Of a stretch of 64,000 bases of DNA, positions 19,536 to 28,902 are shown in pieces. A program made the translations under genes and the position numbers. The notes below the pieces were generated by a model that worked only from the letters and a program-made list of their open reading frames with translations, did not search any database and was not told the origin of the DNA. Position 1 is the first letter of the stretch. Every line of letters begins with the position of its first letter. Source of the DNA: Candidatus Palauibacter sp. (GTDB lineage: Bacteria; Gemmatimonadota; Gemmatimonadetes; Palauibacterales; Palauibacteraceae); assembly GCF_965222475.1 (NCBI RefSeq), contig NZ_CBDCUB010000001.1, positions 810,982-874,981 on the forward strand. Reading direction: 5' to 3'.

Positions 19536-19982
19536 CTATCGGCCTTCGTCGCGGTAGATCTCCTCGCGGCTGCAGCGGAATCCCTCCGGCCAGGGCCCGA
19601 AGTCGTGGGGCGTGAAAATGTCGTCGACCGAGAACCGCCGACCACGGTCGGAATCGGTCGACGCATGCGTCGCGTCTCGTGCCGTCGCACCCTCACTCCG
19701 CACAAAGATCAACGTCTCCGCTTCCATGTCCACGGATTTCGTCCTCCATCCTGCGGCCACCCACGAGAAGGCGTGGCTGTGACCGCCGCTCCGACCGGGA
19801 TTCGACCACCACGGCCGGTGAATGCGCGCGGAACCCGGAAGGCCGAAGCCGAGGATTCTCTCGAGTTTCGAGAACGTCGTGCGCCATTCGTGCCCGCCAC
19901 GGGCGCACAAGTGCGCGTAGAGCGGTGCGTACTTGCCGCGCGACGCCGCCTCACGAATGAGCATCGTACGAGGTTCGGTCAT
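19536..19982 (-). CDS. 148-aa protein upstream of, and abutting, the PIN toxin; putative cognate antitoxin or partner, fold unknown
   Basis: Ends …DIFTPHDFGPWPEGFRCSREEIYRDEGR* one codon before the PIN gene. N-terminal ~100 aa (…YAPLYAHLCARGGHEWRTTFSKLERILGFGLPGSARIHRPWWSN…HSHAFSW…) matches no family I can name. Confidence 0.5.
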   Translation of the reverse strand: MTEPRTMLIREAASRGKYAPLYAHLCARGGHEWRTTFSKLERILGFGLPGSARIHRPWWSNPGRSGGHSHAFSWVAAGWRTKSVDMEAETLIFVRSEGATARDATHASTDSDRGRRFSVDDIFTPHDFGPWPEGFRCSREEIYRDEGR

Positions 19983-20018
19983 CGTATCATCACCGGGCCG
20001 AAAAAAAACAAGTACTTA

Positions 20019-20024
20019 TATAAT
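20019..20024 (+). promoter_or_regulatory. Candidate -10 element (TATAAT) in an AT-rich patch upstream of the amidase gene
   Basis: AAAAAAAACAAGTACTTATATAAT is the only AT-rich segment in a 205-nt intergenic region. It lies ~165 nt upstream of the GTG start. Confidence 0.2.
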
Positions 20025-20187
20025 CCCGGGGGACAGCGTGGCAGTCAACCACGGGCTGGCGACCTCCCCTTCGATTTCGACTCTCCCCTACGGTGGGTTG
20101 TCGGTTGGGGCGTTTCTCCGCAGTCTGAGCCCTCGGGGCAGCCCGGGCCGAGCCGGGATCGGCCCATCTCAGCCACAGGAGGCGCGA

Positions 20188-21864
20188 GTGTCCGAGAAGC
20201 ACGACGGAGCGGGCGACGGAGCGGAGGCGGAGGCCGCGGACCGCTGTATTCGGCGGCGGGGCTTTCTGAAGGTCGTTGCGGCGGCCACGGCGGCCGGGGC
20301 GCTGGATCCGAGGACGCTGGTGGCCGCTGGAACCGCTGACGTCGGCGCTTCCCGCGCGCCCGCGTGGCTGCGGGCGCAGGAAGCTGCGCAGGAGGAGACG
20401 ATCCCCCTCCGCAACGGCGAGCCGCCGGCCCTCCAGTTCCAGGCGTATCCGGGCGGGACCGGCGCGCTGCTCGAGAAGTACTGGCGCGCCGGGCTGAACC
20501 CGTTCGAGCGCACGCCGATCGAGCTCGATCCGTGGCAGGGGGCGGTGCCGTCGAGCGAGGAGGAGGTCGCCTTCCTCCCGGTGCACCGCCTCGCGGCCCT
20601 CGTCCGCGAGCGCCACGTGTCCCCGACGGAGCTGTTCGAGATCTACATGGAGCGCATGAAGCGCTACGACCCGGTCCTCCTGTGCGCGGTCACGATCATC
20701 GAGGGCAGGGGGAGGGAAGAGGCCGAGCAGGCGGAGGCGGAGATCCGGGCGGGAGAGTGGCGGGGGCCCCTGCACGGCATCCCCTGGGGTGTGAAGGATC
20801 TCTTCTCCACCGAGGGGGCGCGGACGACGTGGGGCTCGGCGGCATTCCAGACCCGGATGATCGAGGAGGATGCCGAGGTCGTGCGCCGGCTGCGCACCGC
20901 CGGCGCCGTGCTCATCGCCAAGCTCGCCACGGGAGAGTTCGCCCGCGGCGACCGCTGGTACCGGGGCCGGACGCTCAATCCGTGGAACCTCGCCTGGGGG
21001 TCGAGCGGATCATCGGCCGGCCCCGGATCGGCGACTGCGGCGGGCTGCGTCGCCTTCTCCATCGGGACGGAGACGCGGGGTTCCATCGTCTCGCCCAGCC
21101 GGCGCTGCGGGCTGAGCGCCCTCCGCCCCACCTTCGGGCGCGTGAGCCGTTACGGCGGGATGGTGCTCTCCTGGAGCATGGACAAGACGGGACCCATGTG
21201 CCGCACGATCGAGGACTGCGCGCTCGTGTTCAACGAGATCCATGGGGCCGACGAGAAGGACCCCGCCTCGGTCACGCTGCCCTTCCGCTTCGAGCGGTCG
21301 CCGGATCTCGGCTCGCTCTCGATCGGCTACACGGAGAACGCGCCCAGCTCCTTCGTCGAGAAGCTGGAGGAACTGGGGGCGCGGCCGCGGCTCATGCGCG
21401 AGCTGCCCGCCCAGTCGGCCAGTTCGCTGGGGGCCGAGTCGTCGTCGGCCTTCGACTTCCACGTCGCCCCGAACGGAGAGCTGCCGCCGGTGCCGGAGGG
21501 GCTCAGCGAGCAGGAGCAGCGTGATTTTACGCGCTTCCGACGCGGCCGGGACGGGCTCGCGATGGACTACGTCCATGCCCAGCGGCGTCGACACATCGTG
21601 ATGAAGCGCATGGCCGAGGCGATGGACGGCTTCGACATGTTCGCCACCGGTTCGGGCGAGGTGGGGCTCACGAACGAGACCGGGCACCCGGCCGCCGTCG
21701 TGCAGTACGGTTTCGGCCCGGCCGGGCCCGAGGATGAAGAGGCGGACCAGCCGCTGACCACGACCCTGATCGGAGATCTGTTCGCGGACGACAAGATCCT
21801 GAGCGTGGCGCACGCCTTCCAGACGGCGACGGACTGGCACACGCGCCACCCGGCGCTCGATTGA
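20188..21864 (+). CDS. Tat-exported amidase (amidase-signature family)
   Basis: GTG 20188 lies 6 nt after AGGAGG. A twin-arginine signal (…RCIRRRGFLKVVAAATAAGAL…) is present. The amidase signature (GSSGSSAGPGSATAAG…GTETRGSIVSPSRRCG) and catalytic Lys context (GIPWGVKDLF) are present. The table ORF starts further upstream at 19933. Confidence 0.85.
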   Translation: MSEKHDGAGDGAEAEAADRCIRRRGFLKVVAAATAAGALDPRTLVAAGTADVGASRAPAWLRAQEAAQEETIPLRNGEPPALQFQAYPGGTGALLEKYWRAGLNPFERTPIELDPWQGAVPSSEEEVAFLPVHRLAALVRERHVSPTELFEIYMERMKRYDPVLLCAVTIIEGRGREEAEQAEAEIRAGEWRGPLHGIPWGVKDLFSTEGARTTWGSAAFQTRMIEEDAEVVRRLRTAGAVLIAKLATGEFARGDRWYRGRTLNPWNLAWGSSGSSAGPGSATAAGCVAFSIGTETRGSIVSPSRRCGLSALRPTFGRVSRYGGMVLSWSMDKTGPMCRTIEDCALVFNEIHGADEKDPASVTLPFRFERSPDLGSLSIGYTENAPSSFVEKLEELGARPRLMRELPAQSASSLGAESSSAFDFHVAPNGELPPVPEGLSEQEQRDFTRFRRGRDGLAMDYVHAQRRRHIVMKRMAEAMDGFDMFATGSGEVGLTNETGHPAAVVQYGFGPAGPEDEEADQPLTTTLIGDLFADDKILSVAHAFQTATDWHTRHPALD

Positions 21865-21891
21865 TGGGGCTCGACTGAGGGAGGACGAAGG

Positions 21892-23166
21892 ATGAACAGG
21901 ATGCCCAAACGCCTGCTCTGGGGCGTGCTGCCCGTGCTCGTGATCGGTGTCGCGCTCGTCGTGCGCGGGGCCCCCGCTTCGACTGCGGTCGAGAACGGAG
22001 GGGGTCGACTCGAGCGCTTGAGCGAGTCGCTGGAGACGTACGTGGAGGAGGGGCGGCTGGCGGGCGCCGTGGCCCTCGTCGCGCACGGCGGCGAGACCTC
22101 GTACCTGCAGGCCGTCGGCCAGCGCGACATCGCGGCGGGCGACCCGATGGAGACCGACGACATCTTCCGCATCGCCTCGCAGAGCAAGGCGATCGTGAGC
22201 GTCGCGGTCATGATGCTGCAGGAAGCCGGGGATCTCCTGATCTCCGACCCGCTGGGCCGCTATCTGCCCGAGTATCTGGAGACGACGGTGGCTGTCGCCG
22301 ATGGCGCGGGCGGCTACGAGATCGTCCCGGCCAGCCGCCCCATCACGATCCGCGATCTCCTCACGCACACGGCCGGGATCGGCTATGGCGGCGGTCCCGG
22401 GGCGGAGCTGTGGGCCGACGCGGGCATCCAGGGCTGGTACTTCGCGCACCGCGACGAGCCGATCCGCGAGACGGTGCGCCGCATGGCGGCCCTCCCCATG
22501 GACGCGCAGCCGGGCGAGCGCTTCGTGTACGGCTATTCGACCGACATCCTCGGCGCCCTGGTGGAGGATGTGTCCGGTGAGCCGCTCGACGCGTTTCTGC
22601 GCACCCGCATCTTCGAGCCGCTGGGCATGGTGGACACGCACTTCTACCTGCCCGAGGAGAAGCGGGACCGCCTGAGCGTGGTCTACTCGGCCTCGGCCGA
22701 CGGTCTCGCGCCCGCGCCCGACCCGGGCGGCATGGTCGGGCAGGGGGCCTACGTGGATGGCCCCCGCACCAGCTTCTCGGGAGGCGCCGGCCTCCTCTCC
22801 ACCGCGCGCGACTACGCCCGCTTCCTGCAGATGATGCTGAACGGCGGCGAACTCGACGGGGCCCGCATCCTGTCCTCCAAGAGCGTGGAGCTCATGACGG
22901 TCAACCATGTGGGGGACAGGTTCGGCTGGGAATCGGGGGGTGGCTTCGGCCTCGGGTTCAGTGTGCTCCGCGATCTCGGCGCGCGCGGAACGCCGGGCTC
23001 GGTCGGCGAGTACGGGTGGGGAGGGGCGTACCATTCCACCTACTGGGTGGACCCGGACGAGGATCTCGTCGTCGTCTACTTCACGCAGCTCATCCCGACG
23101 GGCGATGTCGACGATCACGCGAAGCTGCGCACCCTCGTGTACCAGGCGATCGACGAATTGCAATAG
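21892..23166 (+). CDS. Secreted beta-lactamase-fold serine hydrolase (class C beta-lactamase/D-aminopeptidase/PBP-like)
   Basis: 424 aa with a signal peptide. SxxK (ASQSK), YxN-like and HTAG-like (THTAGIGYG) elements are present. Confidence 0.85.
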   Translation: MNRMPKRLLWGVLPVLVIGVALVVRGAPASTAVENGGGRLERLSESLETYVEEGRLAGAVALVAHGGETSYLQAVGQRDIAAGDPMETDDIFRIASQSKAIVSVAVMMLQEAGDLLISDPLGRYLPEYLETTVAVADGAGGYEIVPASRPITIRDLLTHTAGIGYGGGPGAELWADAGIQGWYFAHRDEPIRETVRRMAALPMDAQPGERFVYGYSTDILGALVEDVSGEPLDAFLRTRIFEPLGMVDTHFYLPEEKRDRLSVVYSASADGLAPAPDPGGMVGQGAYVDGPRTSFSGGAGLLSTARDYARFLQMMLNGGELDGARILSSKSVELMTVNHVGDRFGWESGGGFGLGFSVLRDLGARGTPGSVGEYGWGGAYHSTYWVDPDEDLVVVYFTQLIPTGDVDDHAKLRTLVYQAIDELQ

Positions 23167-23210
23167 CGAGCCTCGGCCCCGCGTGGTAGATCTCGGGGCC
23201 CCGTTCGGGA

Positions 23211-23294
23211 GCCGGAGTGGCGGAACTGGCAGACGCGCCGGACTCAAAATCCGGTGGGAGCAATCCCTTGAGGGTTCGAGTCCCTCCTCCGGCA
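23211..23294 (+). tRNA. tRNA-Leu (anticodon CAA)
   Basis: Hand-folded: acceptor GCCGGAG/CTCCGGC, anticodon stem CCGGA/TCCGG with loop CUCAAAA, a long variable arm (GGGA-gcaa-TCCC), and T arm GAGGG-TTCGAGT-CCCTC. Confidence 0.85.
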
Positions 23295-23326
23295 TCGACC
23301 TGGACTCCCGATGGAGGAAACGGGTG

Positions 23327-24568
23327 ATGATTCCCGGGAACTCATCCTCGGCCGCGGCACCGCCGCGCCGCCTCGTCCCGTTCACCGTGGCACTCGCGCT
23401 CGTTGCAGCCGCGTCTTCCGCGGATGCGCAGGAGCGCAGGAGCGCGCGCGATCTGGGCATCGTGGTGGGCGTCCTGCCCACGGGGCCTCTCAACCAGATC
23501 ACGGATGTGGCGGGGGTGCGGGTGGGGCACGTCACCGTGACGAGCGGAGACACGATCAACACCGGGGTCACGGCCATCCTCCCGCACGGCGGCAACATCT
23601 TCCGGGAGAAGGTCCCCGCCGCCTTCGTGGCGGGGAACGCGTTCGGAAAGTTCGCGGGCACGACCCAGGTGCAGGAACTGGGCGAACTCGAGTCCCCGGT
23701 GGTCCTGACGTGCACGCTCTGCGTGCCGCGGGCCGCCGACGCGGTGATGACGTATCTCCTCGGGCTTCCCGGCAACGAGGAGGTCCGGTCCGTGAACCCG
23801 GTCGTGGGCGAGACGAACGACGGCTTCCTGAACCGGATCCGGCTGCGCCCGATCAGCGAGTCGGACGTGCTCACGGCGATCACGGAGGCGGAGGCGGGGC
23901 CGTTCGAACAGGGGAGCGTGGGCGCGGGTCGCGGCACGATCGCCTTTGGCTGGAAGGGCGGCATCGGCTCGGCGAGCCGCCGGCTGCCGGAGAACCTCGG
24001 CGGCTGGACCGTCGGCGTGCTCGTCCAGTCCAATCACGGCGGGGTCCTCACGATTGACGGGGCCCCGGTGGCGGAGGCGCTGGGCGGCGCGCCCTACGGC
24101 GGGGCGGGACCGGATGCCCCGTATCCGCGGGCGGGGATGCGTCCGCGGGCGGGCGGCACCGGTGACGGAGGGGCGTCGGAGGCGCCGCGGGCCCCCGCGT
24201 CCCTCGAGGATGGCTCCATCATTATGGTCGTCGCCACGGACGCGCCGCTGGAGCACCGCAACCTGGAACGCCTCGCGCGCCGCGCGCTCCTGGGGCTGGG
24301 GCGGGGCGGCGGCAGCATGAGCAACGGGTCGGGCGACTACGTGCTCGCCTTCAGTTCGGTCCCCCTGTCCCGGCTCTGGGACGAGGAGCGGGTGTCCAAC
24401 GCGGCGATGAGCCCGCTCTTCCAGGCCGCCGCGGAGGCGACCGAGGAGGCGATCCTAAACTCCATCTTCCTCGCGACCACGGTCGAGGGAGACCGCGGCA
24501 CCGTCGAGGCGATCCCGCTCGAACCGACGCTGGAGATCCTGCGCCGACACGGCGTCGTCCCCCGCTGA
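23327..24568 (+). CDS. Secreted DmpA/S58-family aminopeptidase (Ntn-hydrolase)
   Basis: The table ORF 22907.. runs through the tRNA. The start is ATG 23327 after GGAGG. A signal peptide and S58/DmpA-like sequence (…ITDVAGVRVGHVTV…TGVTAILPHGG…GETNDGFLN…) are present. Confidence 0.8.
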   Translation: MIPGNSSSAAAPPRRLVPFTVALALVAAASSADAQERRSARDLGIVVGVLPTGPLNQITDVAGVRVGHVTVTSGDTINTGVTAILPHGGNIFREKVPAAFVAGNAFGKFAGTTQVQELGELESPVVLTCTLCVPRAADAVMTYLLGLPGNEEVRSVNPVVGETNDGFLNRIRLRPISESDVLTAITEAEAGPFEQGSVGAGRGTIAFGWKGGIGSASRRLPENLGGWTVGVLVQSNHGGVLTIDGAPVAEALGGAPYGGAGPDAPYPRAGMRPRAGGTGDGGASEAPRAPASLEDGSIIMVVATDAPLEHRNLERLARRALLGLGRGGGSMSNGSGDYVLAFSSVPLSRLWDEERVSNAAMSPLFQAAAEATEEAILNSIFLATTVEGDRGTVEAIPLEPTLEILRRHGVVPR

Positions 24569-24725
24569 CTGACCGCTGGTGGCAGGGCTCCCCTCCCGGC
24601 GCTGTCGGACATTGGATCGCCGATCCTGTTGAGATTATGTTGAGATCTACGGGGAGGTCGAGTGGCGTAACCCGGTGGGCATGCCCCGCCGCCGCACTCG
24701 GACTTCCAGCATGAGGCTCGACGGC

Positions 24726-25238
24726 ATGGAAACGGATACGATGGGAATCCTCGGCGTGTTGTTGGCGGTCATCGCTTCGGCGATCAGCCTTGCCGTGTTC
24801 ACCCGAGGGGCCGCGAACAAACTTGACGACAGGATCACGGAGTTGAGGGGCGAGGTTGGCAAGGTGCGCACGGAGTTGGGCGGCGAGATCGGCAAGGTAC
24901 GCACGGAGTTGAGGGGCGAGATCGGCAAGGTACGCACGGAGTTGAGGGGCGAGATCGGCAAGGTACGCACGGAGTTGAGGGGCGAGATCGGCAAGGTACG
25001 CACGGAGTTGAGGGGCGAGATCGGCAAGGTACGCACGGAGATGGGCGGCGAGATCGGCAAGGTGCGCACGGAGTTGAGCCGCGAGATCGGCAAGCTACGC
25101 ACGGAGTTGAGCCGCGAGATCGGCAAGGTGCGCGCCGAAGTGATCGAGACGCGGGTGGCCATGACGGACCGCGTCGCGCGGCTGGAGGGCCACGTATTCG
25201 GCACCCCGCCTCCAGAGGCCGCTGCCGAGACCGCCTGA
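24726..25238 (+). CDS. Membrane-anchored 11-residue-repeat protein
   Basis: One N-terminal TM helix (MGILGVLLAVIASAISLAVF), then nine tandem 11-aa repeats (GEIGKVRTELR) that predict an amphipathic helix or coiled coil. Alternative starts are 24675 and 24741. Confidence 0.6.
   Translation: METDTMGILGVLLAVIASAISLAVFTRGAANKLDDRITELRGEVGKVRTELGGEIGKVRTELRGEIGKVRTELRGEIGKVRTELRGEIGKVRTELRGEIGKVRTEMGGEIGKVRTELSREIGKLRTELSREIGKVRAEVIETRVAMTDRVARLEGHVFGTPPPEAAAETA
24849..25145 (+). repeat. Nine tandem 33-bp repeats; the four central units are identical
   Basis: Unit GGCGAGATCGGCAAGGTACGCACGGAGTTGAGG. Copies 2-5 (24882-25013) are perfect; flanking copies diverge by 1-6 nt. In-frame (33 = 3×11). Confidence 0.9.
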
Positions 25239-25453
25239 GCCGGCTCTGTCAGGCAAGGACGGAGGCCCGCGGAGCCTGACGCTCCGCCGGGGGTTTCCCC
25301 TTCGCCCCGGTTTCCCCGGCGTCCGCCCGCCTCGCCGTGCCCGGGCCCCTCAAACGCCGGGCGACGCGCGGGTGTCTTCCGTTGCGTCGGGGGAGTCCTC
25401 CACTTTGACTCCGTTGTGCCCTCAGGGATCACTACAGTCAGGAGCCGCGAACC

Positions 25454-28400
25454 ATGCTGAAGCGCGTCTTTCTTCCCGTCTTCCTCGCGACGACCGCCCT
25501 CCCGGGCCAGATGGCCGGCCAGCAGGCGGTGGCCGACGAGGACTTCATGTCCGAGATGGAGTGGCGCTCGATCGGTCCCGCGAACATGGCCGGGCGCGTC
25601 ACCGACATCGAGGGCGTCCCGGGCACCGGGACCTTCTTCATCGCCGGCGCCACGAGCGGCATCTGGAAGACCACGAACCACGGAACCACCTTCCGGCCGG
25701 TGTTCGACAACGAGCGGGTCATCTCGATGGGCGACCTCGCGATCGCGCCGAGCAACCCCGATATCGTGTGGGCCGGCAGCGGCGAGGAGGACTCCCGCAA
25801 CTCGATCTCGCCCGGAGGCGGGATCTACAAGTCCGTCGATGGCGGCCTTACCTGGGAGTTGAAGGGGCTCGAGGGGACGCAGGCGATCGGACGCATCGTC
25901 GTCCACCCGACGAAGGCGGACTGGGTCTACGTCGCCGCCCTCGGACATCCGTGGGGCGACAACGAGGAGCGCGGGCTGTACCGGACGAAGGACGGCGGCG
26001 ACACGTGGGAGCGCGTGAACTTCGTCTCGGACAAGGCGGGCTTCGTGGACATCGACATGCACCCCCGGAACCCGGATATCCTCTGGGCCACGAGCTGGGA
26101 AAGAGTCCGCGGCCCGTATTTCCTGCAGAGCGGCGGTCCGGGGAGCGCGATCTGGAAGTCGACCGACGCCGGCGACACGTGGGAGAAGGTCGAGGGTAAC
26201 GGCCTCCCCGAGACCATGCTCGGTCGGCTCGAGATCGCCATCGCGCCCAGCTATCCCCGGATCATGTACGCGGTGGTCGAGGCGGAGGCCCCCGACGAGG
26301 CGGATGAGAACGGCGACCGGAACGCGTCCGGGCTCTACCGTTCCGAAGACGGCGGCGAGACGTGGGAGTTCATGAACGCGAGCAACTCGCGGCCCTTCTA
26401 CTATTCGGGCGCGTGGGTGTCGCCGGACGACCCGGATTTCCTCTACTGGTCTTCTCTTTTCTTCTCGCGCGACGGCGGGCGCACGGTGGGGAATCCGGCC
26501 CAGGGCGTGCACGTCGACTATCACGCACTGTGGTGGGACTCTTCCAATCCTGACCATTTCATATTGGGCAACGACGGCGGGATCGCGATCACGTGGGACC
26601 GCGGCGGGAACTTCGAGTTCCCGAACCGTATTCCCATGGGACAGTTCTATGCGGTCAGCTACAATATGGATACACCCTATCGCGTCTGTGGCGGTCTTCA
26701 GGACAACTATACCTGGTGCGGTCCGAGCGAGCGCGCGGGCGGCGCCATAGACAATCACATGTGGTATTCGATCGGGGGCGGCGACGGCTTCTACGCGCCG
26801 CAGGACCCGACGAACCCGGACATCGTGTTCGGGGAATCGCAGCAGGGGCGCATCTACTGGCGCAACACGCGCACGGGCGAGCGGCATCAGCTGCGGCAGC
26901 CCGACTGGCGGGAGCGCACGCAGGCCCTGCGGGACTCGATCGCGGTCCTGTCGGGGGACGATCCCGACGACCCGCCGGCCGCGAACGTGGCGCAGATCGA
27001 GGAGCTCCAGGCTCTCGTCGCCCAGGATTCCGCGCTCTTCGACATGCGCTTCAACTGGAACACGCCGCTCGAGATGTCGCCGCACGATCCGCAGACGCTG
27101 TACATCGGGGCGAACCGCGTGCTGAAGTGGACGTACGACACGGATGAGATGACCCCGATCTCGGACGACCTCACCTACGCGGATCCGGAGAAGATCGAGG
27201 TCGCGTACGGTACCACGGGCGGGATCACCCCGGACGTCACCGGGGCGGAGAACTTCGCCACCCTCGTCTCGCTCGCCGAGTCGAAGATGAACGAGGGCGA
27301 ACTCTACGCGGGGACCGACGACGGTCGCGTGTGGCGCACCCCGGAGGGGGCGGAGTGGATCGAACTCACCGATCGCTTCGAGGGGGTCCCCGAGGGGACG
27401 TACGTGAGCCGCATCGAGCCCTCGAGCCACGATCCGAACCGCTTCTACGTGACCTTCGACAACCACCGGCGGGACGACTACATACCCTACGTGTACGCGA
27501 CGGACGACGGCGGGGAGACGTTCCGGTCCATCGCGTCGAACCTGCCCGCGGGAGCGCCGGACTTCGTGCACGTGATTCGCGAGGATCCGGTGAACCCGGA
27601 CCTGCTCTTCGTGGGGACGGACGTGGGCGCCTACATGTCGACCGACCGCGGCGGGTCGTGGTCGCGCTTCATGAACGGGCTCCCGACGGTGCCCGTGCAC
27701 GACCTCAGGATCCACCCGCGCGAGCGCGAGATCATCGCGGGCACGCACGGCCGCTCGATCTTCGTGGCCGACATCTCGCTCCTGCAGGAACTGGACGGCG
27801 GGCGCCTGCCGGAGGCGATCACGGTGTTCGACCCGAAGACGGCGATCCAGTACGGCGATCCGCCGGTGGGCGGCGAGTTCATCGCCCAGAGCGCCTTCCA
27901 GGGACGCGGGAGAGTACGGGGCCGAGGTCTCGTATTTCATCCCCGAGGATGTCGCCGATCAACTGGCGGAAGCGGCCCGTGAGGAGCGGGAGGCGCGGCG
28001 AGACGAGGCGGCGGAAGGGCGCGCTCCGGGGGACCGGGCCGGTCTTGCCGCTGTCCGACCTGGCGGTATGGGGCCCGCGGGAGCCGGCGGGCGGGGAGCC
28101 GGTCTCGGCGCCCAGGCCTCGGTCGCGATCCTCAACGCAACAGGCGACACCGTGCAGGTGCTCAACGGGTCGGCCTCGGCCGGCGTCAACCGGGTCCGGT
28201 GGACGTTCAACCGGCGAACCGCGCCGGCGGAGCCGTCGCCCGCGGACCGCGCCGACAGCATCCGCAACGCCCGCATGTACGCTGCGGTCGGCGATTCGCT
28301 GGTCGAGCACGAAGAGGTCGACCGCGAGGTCATGGACCAGGTGCTCGAGATGATGCAGGGCGGCAACCAGGCCGGCCTGCGGCGCATGTTCGGCGGCGGT

Positions 28401-28805
28401 GGCAGAGGCGGAGGCGGTTTCGGCGGCGGCGGCGCGGGCGGGTGGCAGGACCGGCCCGCCGAGCGCTATCCGCGGGCGGGACAGGCCGCGGGCGCCCGGG
28501 GCGGAGCGGCTGCGGCGGCGAGCGAGGCTCCCGCCGGCGGTGGGGCCGGCGAGGGCGGTCCCGATCCGGCGAGCATGCGGCAGGTGTTCCAGCAGCTGAC
28601 ACAGGCCATGCGTGAGCGCGGTGGCGGAGGCGGATTCCGGCGCTTCTTCGGCGGTGGCGGAGGTGGCGGCGGCGGCCTGGCCGACCCCGGCACCTACACG
28701 GTCGCGATCACGCTCGGCGAGGAGACCTTCACGACCACGCTCGAAGTCGTTCGCAAGGAGGGCTTCGGCTTCTGGGACGAGCCGGACACGGAAGACCGGC
28801 GATAG
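25454..28805 (+). CDS. Secreted BNR/Asp-box repeat protein (sortilin/VPS10- or GH74-like), with one apparent +1 frameshift near 27900
   Basis: Signal peptide and multiple S-x-D-G-G-x-T-W/F boxes (SVDGGLTW, TKDGGDTW, STDAGDTW, SEDGGETW, TDDGGETF, STDRGGSW). The frame switches at CGC-GGG-A|GAG, and a conserved-looking continuation (…EYGAEVSYFIPEDVADQ…VRWTFNRR…) follows in the +1 frame. The C-terminal tail is Gly-rich and low-complexity. Confidence 0.7.
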
Positions 28806-28902
28806 CGGAAGGGTACCGCGCGGGCGGCGAACCTCCGCGGCCCGCGCGGTGTCCCAAGACTCGACAGCCGATCGAAGGGCTCTGCGAACGGCCACCGGGC
28901 GC

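Noticed and set aside
19499-19705. 68-aa minus-strand ORF (and the 19605..20339 + ORF) overlapping the PIN partner gene
   Set aside because: Alternative frames of the 148-aa gene. Composition is shadow-like, and the 148-aa frame ends exactly at the PIN gene's SD.
21010-24033. 1007-aa minus-strand ORF spanning amidase, beta-lactamase, tRNA-Leu and DmpA
   Set aside because: It runs straight through a tRNA and three convincing + strand genes, so it is a GC-driven open frame.
24849-25145. 33-bp tandem repeats considered as a CRISPR array
   Set aside because: There are no unique spacers between units and no cas genes nearby. The units are contiguous and in-frame within a coding sequence, so this is a protein-coding minisatellite, not CRISPR.
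24647-27940. 1097-aa minus-strand ORF (with PISPLNSVRTL repeats) opposite the repeat protein and BNR gene
   Set aside because: Its repeats are just the reverse-frame reading of the 33-bp tandem array. The + strand frames carry the real TM+11-mer protein and the BNR protein.
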